The notes under the pieces are model-generated. The model worked only from the letters and a program-made list of their open reading frames with translations. It ran no database searches and was not told the origin of the DNA. Below are positions 25,701-39,555 of a stretch of 64,000 nt of DNA, piece after piece; position 1 is the stretch's first letter; every line of letters starts with the position of its first letter. Source of the stretch: Mobula hypostoma (Eukaryota); assembly GCF_963921235.1 (NCBI RefSeq), contig NC_086108.1, positions 25,916,001 through 25,980,000 of the forward strand, given 5' to 3'. The position numbers were made by a program, and so were the translations under genes.

Positions 25701-25805
25701 TTCTAGTGTGTTTCTTGGATTTACTGTGTATACCTGCAAGAAAATGAATCTCTAATTTGTTATGGTGACATATATGCATTTTGATAATAAATTTACTTTG
25801 AACTT
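22750..25805 (+). mobile_element. Near full-length decayed Rex1/Babar LINE (endonuclease, RT, 3' tail)
   Basis: KASGPDEVPGRVLKTCADQ, LPKK...CLNEY and KFADDSTV motifs, C-terminal domain, aataaatttactttgaact tail. Confidence 0.9.
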
Positions 25806-25890
25806 GGATTTTTCTATCATCCGTGTGCCTACCTAAGAATTTCCTGAGTGCCCTTAATACAATAAGGCACACATTCTACGATTCAGGAAC

Positions 25891-28720
25891 TGTCATTGTC
25901 CGGATCGGGGTCCCTTTAAATTTACCTTGTTTATGTTATGATCCGGACCGTTGATTCCCTGATTTCCCGTGACCCTCAGCTTTGGTGATTAGAGGCAATT
26001 AACGCTCGGCTGAATCGGTAGTTTATAATCTCCGTCTTTCAGCCGTTCGGCGCGCGAGTGTCTGAAAAGTCATCAAAAGTAAAATCTGCCAATGTCATCT
26101 GGCCGAAGCAAACCTAGTCTCTGCCGAAGCGAGTGCCGGTAATTCACCCTTCCTCACCAGAGCAACCCTGTCCAGTTACCTCTCTGAAGCGAGCCTGCAA
26201 AGTTTCCTCATCAAGGTGAGTCCGTCAGTTAACCCGCCGGAGAGAATCAGGAGCCGCTGTCTACTGTTCCTGGGCCGAGTCTGGAGCTCGGCGCTACCCA
26301 GAGGTTCCAAGCACCACGTCCTGGCTCTGGCGGCGTCCAAGTACGACGTCCGCGTCCTGGCTCCGGCGGCGTCCAAGTACCACGTCCACGTCCTGGCCCC
26401 GGCGGCATCCAAGTACCACATCCAGGTCCAAGTCCTGGCCCTGGCGGCATCTGAGTACCAAGTCAAGTCCTGGCCCTGGTGGTCTGTGATTCCTGTCCTA
26501 CCCTCCCTGTCTGAATCCCTTCTCTGCCACTCTCACCTCTAGCCCTCATCTGTAGCCCTCGCCTGCACCTCGGTCTAGTTCTATCGCTGGAGCTAGATAG
26601 GAACTGTGTTGTTCTTTGGTGTTTGTCTTGTCTTGTCCTCGCCTCCGTGGGGTAAGTCAGGCCGTCTTGCTGTTGCCCCGTGGGGGGTCATGTCTTGTCA
26701 TGTCTTGTCCTCACCTCCGTGGGGTAAATCAGGCCGTCTTGCCGTTGCCCCGCGGAGTCTCATGAGTCCCGGCCCTATGTCCTGTACCCAAGGAAGGGTC
26801 CCGACTCTGTGTTCTGTGTATGTGTTCATGGTTCCATGTACCTAATCTCCCCAGACCGAGGCTCTGTTTTCCATGTTCCTCCTCTCCCTAGCCCATATCA
26901 TGTCCATGCCTGGTTCTGGGGTCCGAGCCCGAGGAAAGACCCAGGTACTGGGTCCTTGCCCCATCTCGGGCTCGGAATCTATAGCCTAGCCTCTTCATGT
27001 CTCCTGTAGTTCTGGGAGCCGATTCCGAGTCCAAGCCCAGACCCTTGGTCCCAGCCTAGTCATAGTCCTGATCCTGTTCGCTATTCCTGCTTCTGCTTTG
27101 CTCTCCTGGTATCGAACAATAAACTAAATCTAATTAACCTCACAAGATGTGTCTTGCATTTGGGTTCACACTTGCACCCAATGCTCCCACCATTGTGACA
27201 GAACGCGCTTGCCAAACATGGACCCAGCAGACACAAACTGTTTTTCCAAACTCCTGTCAGCCTGAAAGTCAAGGTGTTGTTCTGTTTTGCCCACTGGCCA
27301 AATCCTCCTCCACCCACCCAGGTCATTGATAATACAGGGAAATCTGTTGGTCGCCTGGAGGCTCCCATTGGGAGGGGGGTACCGTCATGGTCCGGATCAG
27401 GGTCCCTTTAAATTTACCTTGTTTATGTTACGATCCGGACCGTTGATTCCTTGTTTTCCCGTGTCCCTTGGCTTCGGTGATTAGAGGCAATTAATGCTCG
27501 GCTGAACTGGTAGTTTATAGTCTCCGGCTTTCAGCCATTCGACGCGAAAGTGTCTGCAAAGTCATTAAACGTACGGTGTGCCGATGTCATCTGGCCGGAG
27601 CAAACTTAGTCTCTGCCGAAGCGAGTGCTGGTAATTTGCCCTTCCTCACCAGAGCAACCCTGTCCAGTTACCTCGCCGAAGCGAGCCTGCAAAGTTTCCT
27701 CATCAAGGTGGGTCCTTCAGTTAACCCGTCGGAGAGAATCAGGAGCCGCTGTCTACTGCTCCTGGGCCGAGTCTAGAGCTCGCCACTACCCGGAGGTTCC
27801 ATGTACCACGTCCTGGCTCCGGTGGCATCCAAGTACCACGTCCACGTCCAAGTCCTGGCCCTGGTGGCATCCGAGTACAAAGTGAAGTCCTGTCCCTGGC
27901 AGCATCCGAGTACCAAGTCAAGTCCTGGCCCTGGCGTTCTGTGATTCCTGTCCTACCCCACTGTCTGAAACCCTTCTCTGCCCCTCTCACCTCTAGCCCT
28001 CGCCTGTACCTCGGTCTAGTTCTATTGCTGGAGCTAGATAGGAACTGTGTTGTTCTTTGGTGTTTGTATTGTCTTGTCCTCGCCTCCGTGGGGTAAGTCA
28101 GGCTGTCTTGCCGTTGCTCCACGGGGGGTCATGTCTTGTCTTGTCTTGTCCTTGCCTCCGTGGGGTAAGTCAGGCTGTCTTGCCGTTGCTCCGCGGGGGG
28201 TCCTGTCTTGTCTTGTCTAGTCCTCGCCTCTGTGGGGTAAGTCAGGCCGTCTTGCCGTTGCCCCGCGCAGGGTCATGAGTCCCGGCCCTATGTCCTGTAC
28301 CCAAGGAGGGGTCCCAGCTCTCTGTTCTGTGTATGTGTCCATGGTTCCATGTACCTGCTCTCCCGAGACCGAGGCTCTGTCTTCCATATTCCTCCTCTCC
28401 CTAGCCCATGTCATGTCCATGTCTGGTTCCGGGGTCCGAGCCCGAGGCAAGACCCAGGTACTGGGTCCTTGCCCAGTCTCGGGCTCGGAGTCCATACCCT
28501 AGCCTCTTCATGTCTCCTCTAGTTCTGGGAGCTGATTCGGAGACCAAGCCCAGACCCTTGGTCCCAGCCTAGTCGTAGTCCTGAGTCCTTATCCTGTTCG
28601 CTATTCCTGCTTCTGCTTTGCTCTCCTGGTATCGAACAATAAACTATATCTAGTTAACCTCACAAGATGTGTCTTGCATTTGGATCCACCCTTGCTCCCA
28701 ATGCCCCCACCATTGTGACA
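25891..28720 (+). mobile_element. Non-autonomous Tf1/sushi-type LTR element: two ~1.3-kb LTRs and a 182-bp internal region
   Basis: LTR1 25891-27200 (TG...CA) and LTR2 27383-28720. TSD ggaac at 25886-90 and 28721-25. PPT gggaggggggt. Gag start MDPADT. Inserted in a Rex1 3' fragment (ttcaggaac|agcttcttcc). Confidence 0.92.
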
Positions 28721-28969
28721 GGAACAGCTTCTTCCCCTCTGTCATCCGATTCCTAAATGAACACTATCTCACTACTTTTTTAATTCTGCCTTTTCTCTTC
28801 TTTGCACTATTTATTTTAACTGAACAATTTTAATAGACATATATATTTACTTACTGGAATTTGGAATTTTTCCTCTATATTTACTTATCATATATTTCAT
28901 TGTACTGCTTCCATAAAGTTAACAAATTTCACGACATATGCTGGTGATATTAAACATGATTCTGATTCT

Positions 28970-29610
28970 GGTATCTGCCTCTACCACCACCCCTTGCAGG
29001 GCATTCCAGGCACCCACCACTCTCTGGCATTCCCCCTATACTTTCCTCCAATACCTTTAAAATTATGCCCCCTCATATTAGCCATTTCTGGCCTGGGAAA
29101 AAGTCTCAATCTATGCGTCTTTTCATCTTGTACACCTCTGTCAGGTTGCCTCTCATTTTCCTTTGCTTCAAACAGAAAGCCCTAGCTTGCTCAACCTATC
29201 TTCATAAGACATGCCCTCCAGTACAGGCACCTTCCTGGTAAATCTTCTCTGGGACCTCGCTAAAACATCCACATCCCTCCTCTAGTGAGACAAGCAGAAC
29301 TGAACAAAATATTCCAAGTGTGGTCTAACCAGGGTTTTATAGAGCTGTAACATTACCTCATGATTTTTGAATTCATTCTCCTGAGACTAATGAAGGCCAA
29401 CACACCATATACCTTCCTACTACGTACTCCTTTCAACTTGTGCAGCAACTTTGAGGGATCAATGGACATGGCCCCTAAGATTCTTCTGTTCCTCCACACT
29501 GCCAAGAATAACCCTGTATTCTGACTTCAAATTTAACATTCCAAAATGTATCACTTCGCACTCCTCTGGGTTGAATTCCATCTGCCACTTCTCAGTCCAT
29601 CTCTGCATCT
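28970..29610 (-). mobile_element. CR1 3' fragment
   Basis: ccaagtgtggtctaaccagggtttta is the reverse of the KTLVRPHLEY region. Confidence 0.75.
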
Positions 29611-31403
29611 GGTCAATTATACAGATTATAAATATAGCACCTGATGGAATCTGGAGTTGGCTGCATACACAGAGATTGGAGGAAAATTGAATAGGTGTGC
29701 ATGAAGGCTACCACAGAACTTTGAGTATCAGATGCATCAGATTAAGACAGTCAAAGTGGTAAGTTTACAGTAAATTTCTGGTGGGGTGGGCCAAGCAGAG
29801 TCTTCTGATAGTCATCCACCTTCTCCCTTTGCGTGCTACAAGATTCTGGAACTGTCTCTAGCAGAATCCTGGAATGGATATGCAGCCATGTTTAAGGCAG
29901 GGAATGATATTCACAGCAACTTTTAAACCACCAAATCTTGTTATGGAATAAGGAAAGAGACTGCCACTAGCTCAAGGAAAAACCTAAAGTTCTTGAGAGA
30001 AAGTTTGCCACTTTGTTGGGTCCACTTGTCCACTATACGCCCTGAGTGGTGCATGCGGCCTTTCACAATCTGTGCCATGCCATTGAAGCTCCTCTCCTTT
30101 GCAGCTGGAGGTTTTTGTCCGGGCTCTTCCTTGTGCTTCTGTGGTTTTCCACAGTGTCCTTGCTGTCACAGTATCACTTGTATCTGCATAGATATGGAGG
30201 CTGTAATCTGGAGCAAGATTCAGCAGATCAGGCAGCATCCATGGTACAAAATGGACTGTTGGCACTTAAAGTTAAGACCCTTCATCTGGTCTAGTGTTCC
30301 TTCAGTGTTTTAATATGCCACTCTGCATAGATATGGCTCCTGAAAGTCAGAAGTGCACTTCATAAATGGTCAATCTAAACTTCGAAATTTGCAAACGTAA
30401 TTTTTAAAACTTATTTCCAAGTTTTTACAAAGTGTGCTCTTAGTTTCTCAAAGCAACCCACGCCATCATTTCTGTGAACATAACCTTTCACAGAGTCACT
30501 CAAGAAAGCATCTGTAAGGTTGGAGCACAAATTAATGGATATGCTTGCCAAATCATCAGCCCCCTCCAATCTTGCACTGTGAACATGTTGAAGTTGGGAG
30601 AATTGTTTGCCTGCAGAGTGAAGTGCCTCAACACATTGTCATTTTTAATTCCCTTTATCTCGGAGATATTTCTGTACCCACTTGCCCCGAAACCTAAAAG
30701 GAGCTTTGAAAGCACCTACAGGAGGTTTTGCCTCAAGATGGCAGCTTCTATCGTCAAGGATTCACACCATCTGACTATGCCCCTTTCTTACAGCTATCAC
30801 TGAACAAGAAGTACAGATCTTGATCCCTAGTCCTACACCATTGAGTTCAGGAACAGCTACTTTCCTACAACTATCCGACTCTTGAACCAACCTGTACCAC
30901 TCTAATCCTACCTTTGCAATGGAACACTAGGAACCATCTCTTGCACTACCATGGACTTGCCACTTTGGATATTTTTTGCACTAAACTCTTACTCTGCACT
31001 ATCATATTTTTCTTCACTGTCTAGCATAGTCTACTTATAATTTATACATAAATGTGTAAGTGTATTGAACATACTTGCTGTAGATAAGTTTTTCATTGCA
31101 GCTGAACCTCAGTGTATTTCGACACATTACAATAAACTTAACTTGGTTTCTTGATCCTGTCTGCGTGGAGTATGGGGTTCATCTGAGACCTCCACTTTCC
31201 ACTCACGTTCTGAGAGGAGTAAAATTGGCCTCTGTGTATTACCCAGCGTAGGTTCATGGCAAAGCAATCAAAAGAAGAGTCAAGACATATGTGTGTAAGA
31301 GAAAATGTCGTGGAGAATACAGAGAAATTAGGAGAGAATATTTGGACTAATGGGACTTCTCTAGTACCTCATGGGTTTGATTGTTTCAACCTATGTTGAA
31401 ATA

Positions 31404-31933
31404 TAGCACTATGCAAATGCCTTAGGCACTTTTATATATATCTAAGGTGCCTAAGGCCCTTGCATGGTACACGGAGTGGAGAGCGTTTGTAAATCTGATG
31501 GAAGGGAAGGATGTTGGGAATGGTAAGGGTAAAGCGCTGTTGGAGAGATGTGGGACAGGTGGCAGAGAAGGAGCTCCAGGAGCAGGGCAAGGCACAGGTA
31601 CAGCCCTGAAACACAGGCAAGATCATTTGATTCCAAGCAATTGGCTTATTGATCATTACAGAATGTCCCTATGGTGCTTCAGTCTCCTTCCCTTCTTCCT
31701 TCTCCTTTTCCCAACCATGATGCCCCTCTCTCTACCCACATTCCACTCTCAGTCACAATTGAGGCCCAAATCAGAATCAGGTCTATTATTACTAACATAT
31801 CTCATGAACTTCTGTTTTTATTTTGTGGCAGCAGTACCATTCAATACAGAAAATTACTATAGTACTGAAAAGAATTTTTAGGCTCCCGAGCCATATACAG
31901 CATGTGTGCCTAAGACTTTCACACAGTACTGTA
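31404..31933. mobile_element. Two tiny Tc1/mariner-like MITE copies flanking a LINE-tail-derived repeat
   Basis: Inverted cttaggcac...gtgcctaag at about 31420-31455 and 31875-31915; terminus cagtactgta. Confidence 0.5.
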
Positions 31934-34900
31934 AGGTAAAACTAAATAGTATCAGAGAACTGAAGCTGAAGTGGGAGAAGAAAAATGATGAAAGCTATCA
32001 TGGTAATGGAGAACTCACTTCAAATATTTCTACTTTAAACTTTCATTTCCTGTGTAACCACAGGCCATCTTGTGTCCCTTTAGCCCATTCTGATTCTGCT
32101 TCTACACCCGAAGTAACTGAGGAGACTTTAATAGAGCTTTCACAGGCTCCAACATAAAAGACGACTGGCTAAGAGTATCTCAGATCAGTCTGAGCAGGAA
32201 TGTCAGCAGCCCGCAGCCATCTCTCTGAAGCCCACGGGCGTTGCACCATGGAGAGCTAACTGCTAAATGAAGAATTATTATCTGTGTTTGCACATGGGAA
32301 TTTGAAGAAGTTTTTACTTGCCCTGCACAAATGCAATTCTTTTCCATCATATTACCGTTTTGACCATTCTTAGTTGTTGTTCTCTGATGAATATGAGGTT
32401 AATATAAATGGAAGCCGAAGAGCAGGGGTTGGAGTAATGGGGAGGACTGACATGAAAAATAAGGTTGGTTCCAGGATTGTTTATGTCAGTAGCTTTGTGA
32501 CAGACTGTAGGGGGAAAAACACATTCATTGGCACCTTGTGTCTGGACACTGTGAGAAATTGACCTTATCACTCTTCTTCTGTATCTCAACTCCTTCCTAC
32601 TCTCCTGAATTATCTGTGGAGGCTCCAAGCTATCTTGCATGTCCCTCCGCCAAATTCTTGACCTGTTGTACATCCCGTGCAGAAGACAGCAAATGTTAAG
32701 CCACCTGGAGTTACTAAGTGGGGTCTCCTCAAGGGCAGATTGATACCTGTGGCTGAAACCTATCATCGATGGATTAACTTTCAGACAACACAGAGCAGTA
32801 AGAGTTTTTTTTTAAATCTCTTACCGGGTCAGGTCAGATCATCAGGTCAGGAAATGTTGGTGTTTAAAGGGATAAAGGTACTCTTGTATAAACATCAATG
32901 AAAGCTAACATGCAGGTACAATATGCCATTAGGATGAAGGTTCTCAGCCTGAAATGTTAACGATTCATTCATTTCCATAGGTGCTGCCCGACATGCTGAG
33001 TTCCTCCAGCATTTTGTGTGTGTTGCTTTAGATTTCCTGCATCTGCAGATTTTATCATGTTTATGGTGAATTATTTGTTTATCTTTATTATGAGAGGAAT
33101 TGAGTAGAGAATATTATTTGCGGAATATAAAATACGTTCTCTACAGTTTCGAAGAATGAAATCAGATCTCATTGAAGCATACAAACTCCTCACAAGGCTC
33201 AACAGGCTGGATGTAGGCAGGGTGTGTGGAATGAGGAGTCACAGATTCAGAAGAAAGTTTGGGCTATTTAAGTTAGGGATTAGGAGACATTTCTTGAGGA
33301 CATAGAATCTTTAGAATTCTCTACTTGGGAAGACTGTAGAAGTTCCTGCTTTCTACAAGCCTCTACTGTTCCTCTCTCTGTTGGTTGCCTTTCAAATTCT
33401 ACCTTCTCCCTTTTGACTCTGATGTGTAGCTACTGCTGCTTGGACTTCATTGAGGACCAATAAACAGTAGTACCGACACTCATCCTGATAGAGTATATAA
33501 CATAGAGCAAGCAGTACAGCACATAAATCTGTGTGACCTGATTGATCTGATGTGACAGAACAATCTCCAGAATGTACTGAGAAAACCCACAGCAAAAGTG
33601 TTGTGAATCAAATTTTCCCACTGCTGGATAAGAAATTAGCTGCTAGTTCTTACTGTGACTGGCAATTGTCCCCAAGGTGGGCAAAACGCCTTCACTTAGT
33701 ATTATAATCTCAAATCTCAGACAGCTTTGGAAATCCATGAAACTGATGTTAAAATGTGTTGAAATACCGCTCTAATTGAGCAACTAATATATGATAATTG
33801 CCAGCCTGCTGTTCTGAAGGAGTTTGCGTGCATTCATGAGGGAAATTAGTGGGAAGAATCTGGCTTCACAATTGGCTGTCAATTCCGTCAGCTTGTCAGC
33901 CCACCTACATCTGAACTCATGCACTCCTCCACGATAAGATGCAGCTCAGCGTTCCAAACACATTCTCTTGTAAATATGATATAAAGAAACCATGCAACAG
34001 CTGTACTGCTATGTAAAACAGATGTACTGACATGATAAACATAAAATAATAGCTTGGGCTAATAATAAATTCATGAAACATTTATCCATTATGAAAGAGC
34101 AATATTGATTGGACTGCATTTTACGATCATTCTCTTGTCTTAGCTCATCTAGTGTTATAGTAAATTATAACCAAGCCCCCACTTCCTTGAATCCCAACTA
34201 GATAATACACGCAGGCAATTACAACAGTTCTAATGTGTGTCTAATTACTGAGAATGAACAGCTATTATAATTCCCAATGTATCCACAATTCAAACCTGAC
34301 AATCTCACAAGCATCTGGTATTGTACAATAAGCAAATAACTTCATTTGCAAAAGTTATTGACCAAATGGTTTTTATAGTACCCTGAGTTGCACACTTTGG
34401 AAGCAAAGAACTGAGCTTCATTTCATCTTTTGGGAAAGAAAACTATCTGTCAATGGTGAAAGATATGAAGAAAAATTAAATGGGTTGTTGGGATTTTGGG
34501 TACCTAAAGTGTATCTGAAAGAATACAATGAAAGGGTCCCACTGTAGATAGAAATCTGAAATAAAACTGAAAGTGCTGGATCTTCTTAAAACTGATGAAA
34601 GCTCTTTGACCTGAAATGTTAACTCTACTTCTGCCTGATTCATCAGTGCTTCCAGCATTGCCTACATTGACAAGATCTGCTCCATCTCCAAAGGGTTTCC
34701 CATTTATATTATCACTTCATGCTTCACACCTTCATGTTTGTCAGATATCCTCATTGCCATAAGAATCAAAAGGAAATTTTGGAAATGCTCAGCTGGACAG
34801 GCAACAACTTTGGAAGGAGAAACAAGTCCAACAAAGGGTTCAGATGAAGAAGCCTTGACCTGAAACGTTAACTATTTCTCTGTATTTCTAACATTATTTT

Positions 34901-35069
34901 GCCGTTTTGTTTTCACATTTGCAGCACCTGCAGGTTTCCAATTTTCACTTGGTTTCCATATTTGCTAACGATATAGAAAGAGGTTATTTTAGCCCATCCA
35001 GTGCACATGAGCTAGCAGTAATCTCGTTCTCTGCTGATTGTCCATTCTGTCCACGTGCCCAGCTCCACC

Positions 35070-35270
35070 TGTCACCAAATTACGCCTCCAGTGACGAATT
35101 AACCTACCAACCCCCATGTCTTTGGGGTGTGGGAGGAAATGGGAGCACCCAGCGGAAACCCAGGTGTTCACTTGGGTGAAGGTGAAGGCTCTGCATGGAC
35201 AGTACTCGAAGTCAGGATCAGACGTAGGTCAATGAAACTCTGAGGGAGCAGCTCTTTTAAATGAACTACT
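35070..35270 (-). mobile_element. HE1/V-SINE
   Basis: tgtgggaggaaatgggagcacccagcggaaaccc is the reverse of the V-domain. Confidence 0.65.
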
Positions 35271-36749
35271 GCACAACCCAAGACATAAATTGATGACCAT
35301 GCTCAGACGTGAGGGGATTGAAATGAAATATTTCAAATGTTTCTTTCTCCACAGATGATGTGTGATCTGATGTATTGCCAACTTTTCCTGATATCATCTA
35401 GATTGGAGGTTTCCAGCCTTTTTTATTCCATGGACCTTTATCATTAACCAAGGAGTCTAGCTTGGGAATTTCTGATTGAGAAGGACCATCCTTTGGCAGG
35501 AGTTAATAAAATACTCTCAACTCATTAGCTACTTTCCTTAGTACATCAACTTTCAACAAGTAACTATTTTCAATATTTTTTTATCCAATGTTTCAATGTC
35601 ACTTGGTTGCTGTCATTCATATTAGGATCATAAATAATTTCCCGCCTTGAAAGTTTGATTGGCACTAATTATATCTTACTATTAAAGAACATTTAAGAAT
35701 ATTGGTGGGACTGTAATTATTTGATATTCCATTGGAATCTATTTCAGTTTTCCCATTACAAGGAAATAAAATGTAGAATGCAAATAACTGTGCACCTGTG
35801 AAAAACCTGTGCTGAGAGAATTGTGTATTAAAGATAATTTTGGATGCCCAGGAATTAAACTGTCACAGTTTATTCAACCATCTGAATTTCAGGCAAGAAG
35901 GGCAATTGCTTTAATTTTTTGGGTCTGCCGCCTACATGCTAGAATATATATTCCTGTCCAACATTGCTTCATGCATAATTTAACACAGAGGTTAACCTGC
36001 AGGGCAGGTTAGAGTGGAAGAAAGAACGCTATCAGATTCTAATGAAACTCAACCTCCATCAAAAATAGAGCCTGAAATAATTTTATTTCCAAGTCACCAA
36101 GGGCTGGTTAAACAACATTGACCAAAAAATATAGGAAAACAATGCACAATAAGCTGGACAAAGTCAATAAGTCAGGTAATTTTTACAGAAGGAAATGAAT
36201 GCACATTATTTTGAGTTGAAAATCTTCATCTGGACCTAATGCAGTCCAGATGAACATAAACATAAACATTGACTATTCAATTCCCTCCACAGATGCTGAC
36301 TGACCCATCATTCCCTCCAGCAGTTTGCATGTTATTTCAGATTCCTGCATCTGCATTTTCTTTTTCTCCTGCCTCCAAGCAGGAGAGCATATGTTGAATG
36401 ACTCTTTAAGGTTAAAAGATTCATGTACATACAGGCTCCAAACTTTCTTATTGCACTGCCCCATCTGTAAAGGAATTTGTGGCTCCCACATTGGTCTTAC
36501 CAGCCCCACTTCAAAACCCAGCAGAACCAAGTCATCCTTGATCCTGAGGGACTGCCTGTGCAAATGAAGCTGCAAACACTGTAGTTCCTAGAGATTAGAA
36601 GTTCTTGTCTCTGAGAAATCAGCAGCTTTATCCCCTCAGGCTGGTTCTTTTCCTCCATTTCGGAATCAGAATCAGAGTCAGGTTTATTATCACCAGCATG
36701 TGTCATGAAATTTGTTAATTTGCAACAGCAATGCATTACAATACATAAT

Positions 36750-39555
36750 TGGGGCATGGCACTTGATCAGAGATAGCGTCTCTGGGAGTTAGATATGGCC
36801 CTTGTGGCTAAAGGGATCAGGGGATATGGAGGGAAGGCTGGTACAGGGTTCTGAGTTGGATGATCAGCCATGATCATACTGAATGGCAGTGCAGGCTCGA
36901 AGGGCTGAATGGCCTACTCCTGCACCTATTTTCTATGTTTCTATGTTTCTATGTGTCACGGCTGCAGAAAATGAGGAAGTCTCCGTGGGTGGAAGTTAGG
37001 AACAGGAAGGAGTCAATAACCCTACTGGGCATTTTTTATAGACCACCCAATAGTAACAGGAACATGGAGGAACAGATAGAGAGACAGATTCTGGAAAGGA
37101 GTAATAATAACTGAGTTGTTGTGGTGAGAGATATAAATTTCCCAAATATTGATTGGCATCTCCCTAGAGTGAGGGGTTTAGATGGGGTAGGTGTGTTCAG
37201 GAAGGTTTCTTGACACAATATGTAGATAAGCCTACAAGAGGAGAGGCTGTACTTGATCTGGTATTGGGAAATGAATCTGGTCAGGTGTCAGATCTCTCAG
37301 TGGGAGAGCATTTTGGAGACAGTGATCACAATTCTATCTCCTTTACCATAGCATTGGAGAGGGATAGGGATACACAAGTTAGGGAATCGTTTAATTGGAG
37401 TAAGGGAAACACTGAGGCTATCAGGCAGGAACTTGGAGGCATAAATTGGAAACAGATGTTCTCAGGGAAATGTACCGAAGAAATGCGGCAAATGTTCAGG
37501 GGATATTTGCGTGTGGTTCTGCAGAGGTACATTCCAATGAGACAGGGAAAGGATGGTATGGTACAAGATCCGTGGTGCACAAAGGCTGTTGTAAATCTAG
37601 TCAAGAAGAAAAGAAGACCTTACAAAAGGTTCAAAAAACTAGGTAATGATATGAATCTATAAGATTAAAAGGCTTGCAGGAAGGAACTTAAGAATGAAAT
37701 TAGGAGAGCCAGAAGGGGCCATGAGAAAGCCTTGGCAGACAGGGTTAAGGAAAACTCCAAGGCATTCGACAAATATGTGAAGAGCAAGAGGATAAGAAGT
37801 AAGAGAATAAGACCAATCAAGTGTGACAATGGAAAAGTGTATATGAAACCGGAGGAAATAGCGGAGGTACTTAATGAATACTTTGATTCAGTATTCATTA
37901 CAGAAAAGGATATTGGCAATTGTAGGGATGACTTGCAGTGGACTGAAAAGCTTGAGAATGTACATATTAAGAAAAAGGATGTGCTGGAGCCTTTGGAAAG
38001 CATCAAGTTGGATAAGTCACTGGGACCAGACGGGATGTACCCCATGAGGGAAGTGAGGGAGGAGATTGCTGAGCCTCTGACAATGATCTTTGCACCATCA
38101 ATGACAGGAGAGGTTCCAGAGGATTGGAGGGTTGCGGATGTTGCTCCCTTATTCAAGAAAGGGAGTAGAGATATCCCAGGAAATTTTAGACCAATAAGTC
38201 ATACTTCAGTGTTTGGTAAGCTGATGGAGAAGATCCTGAGAGGCAGGATTTATGAAAATTTGGAGAGGCATAATATGATTAGGAATAGTCAGCATGGCTT
38301 TGTGAAACTCAGATTATGCCTTACGAGCCTGATTGAATTTTTTGAGGATGTGACTAAACACATTGGTGAAGGTAGAGCCGTAGATGCAGTTATATAGATT
38401 TGATAAGGTACTCCATGCAAGGCTTATTGCAAAAGTAATGAGGCGTGGGATCCAAGGGGACATTGCTTTGTGGATCTAGAACTGGCTTTCCCACAGAAGG
38501 CAAAGAATGATTGTAGGTGAGTCATATTCTGCATGGAGGACGGTGACCACTGGTGTGCCTCAGGGATCTGTTCTGGGACTACTACACTTTGTGATTTTTA
38601 TAAATGACCTGGATGAGGAAGTGGAGGGTTGGGTTAGTAAATTTGCTGATGACACAAAGGTTGGGTGTGTTGTGGATAGTGTGGAGGACTGTCAAAGGTT
38701 ACAACGGGACATTGATAGGATGCAAAACTGGGCTGAGAAGTGGCAGATGGAGTTCAACCCAGATTAGTATGAAGTGGTTCATTTTGGTAGGTCAAATATG
38801 ATGGCAGAATATAGTATTAATGGTAAGACTCTTGGCAGTGTGGAAGGTCAGAGTGATCTTGGGGTCCGAGTCCATAGGACACTCAAAGCTGCTACGCAGG
38901 TTGACTCTGTGGTTAAGAAGGCATACGGTGTATTGGCCTTTATCAATTGTGGGACTGAGTTTAAGAGCCGAAAGATAATGTTGCAGCTATATAGGACCCT
39001 GGTCAGACCACACTTGGAGTATTGTGTTCATTTCTGGTCGCCTCACTATAGGAAGGATGTGGAAACCATAGAAAGGGTGCAGAGGAGATTTACAAGGATG
39101 TTGCCTGGATTGGGGGGCATGCCTTATGACAATAGGTTGAGTGAACTCAGCCTTTTTTCCTTGGAGCAACGAAGGATGAGAGGTGACCTGATAGAGGTGT
39201 ACAAGATAATGAGAGGCATTGATTGTGTGGATAGTCAGAGGCTTTTCCCCAGGGCTGAATTGGCTAGCACGAGAGGGCATAGTTTTAAGGTGCTTGGAAT
39301 TAGGTACAGAGAAGATGTCAGGGGTAAGTTTTTTATGCAGAGAGGGATGAGTGCGTGGAATGGGCTGCCGGCAGTGGTGGTAGAGGCAGAAACGATAGGG
39401 TCTTTTAAGAGACTCCTGGATGGCTGCATGGAGCTTAGAAGAACAGAGGGCTATGGGTAAAGCCTAGGTAGTTCTAAGGTAGGGACATGTTTGGCACAGC
39501 ATTGTATGCCAAAGGGCCTGTATTGTGTTGTATGTTTTCTATGTTTCTATGTTTC
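36750..39555 (+). mobile_element. CR1 LINE ORF2 (endonuclease end, RT, 3' UTR); a second CR1 3' end is nested at 36781-36953
   Basis: GVPQGSVLG, KFADDTK and LVRPHLEYC motifs, (tttctatg)n tail. It splits a minus-strand Rex1 tail (36660-36750 and 39555-40170). Confidence 0.93.

Noticed and set aside
26176..26542. Repetitive ORFs on both strands
   Set aside because: They are products of GC-rich tandem repeats within the LTR.
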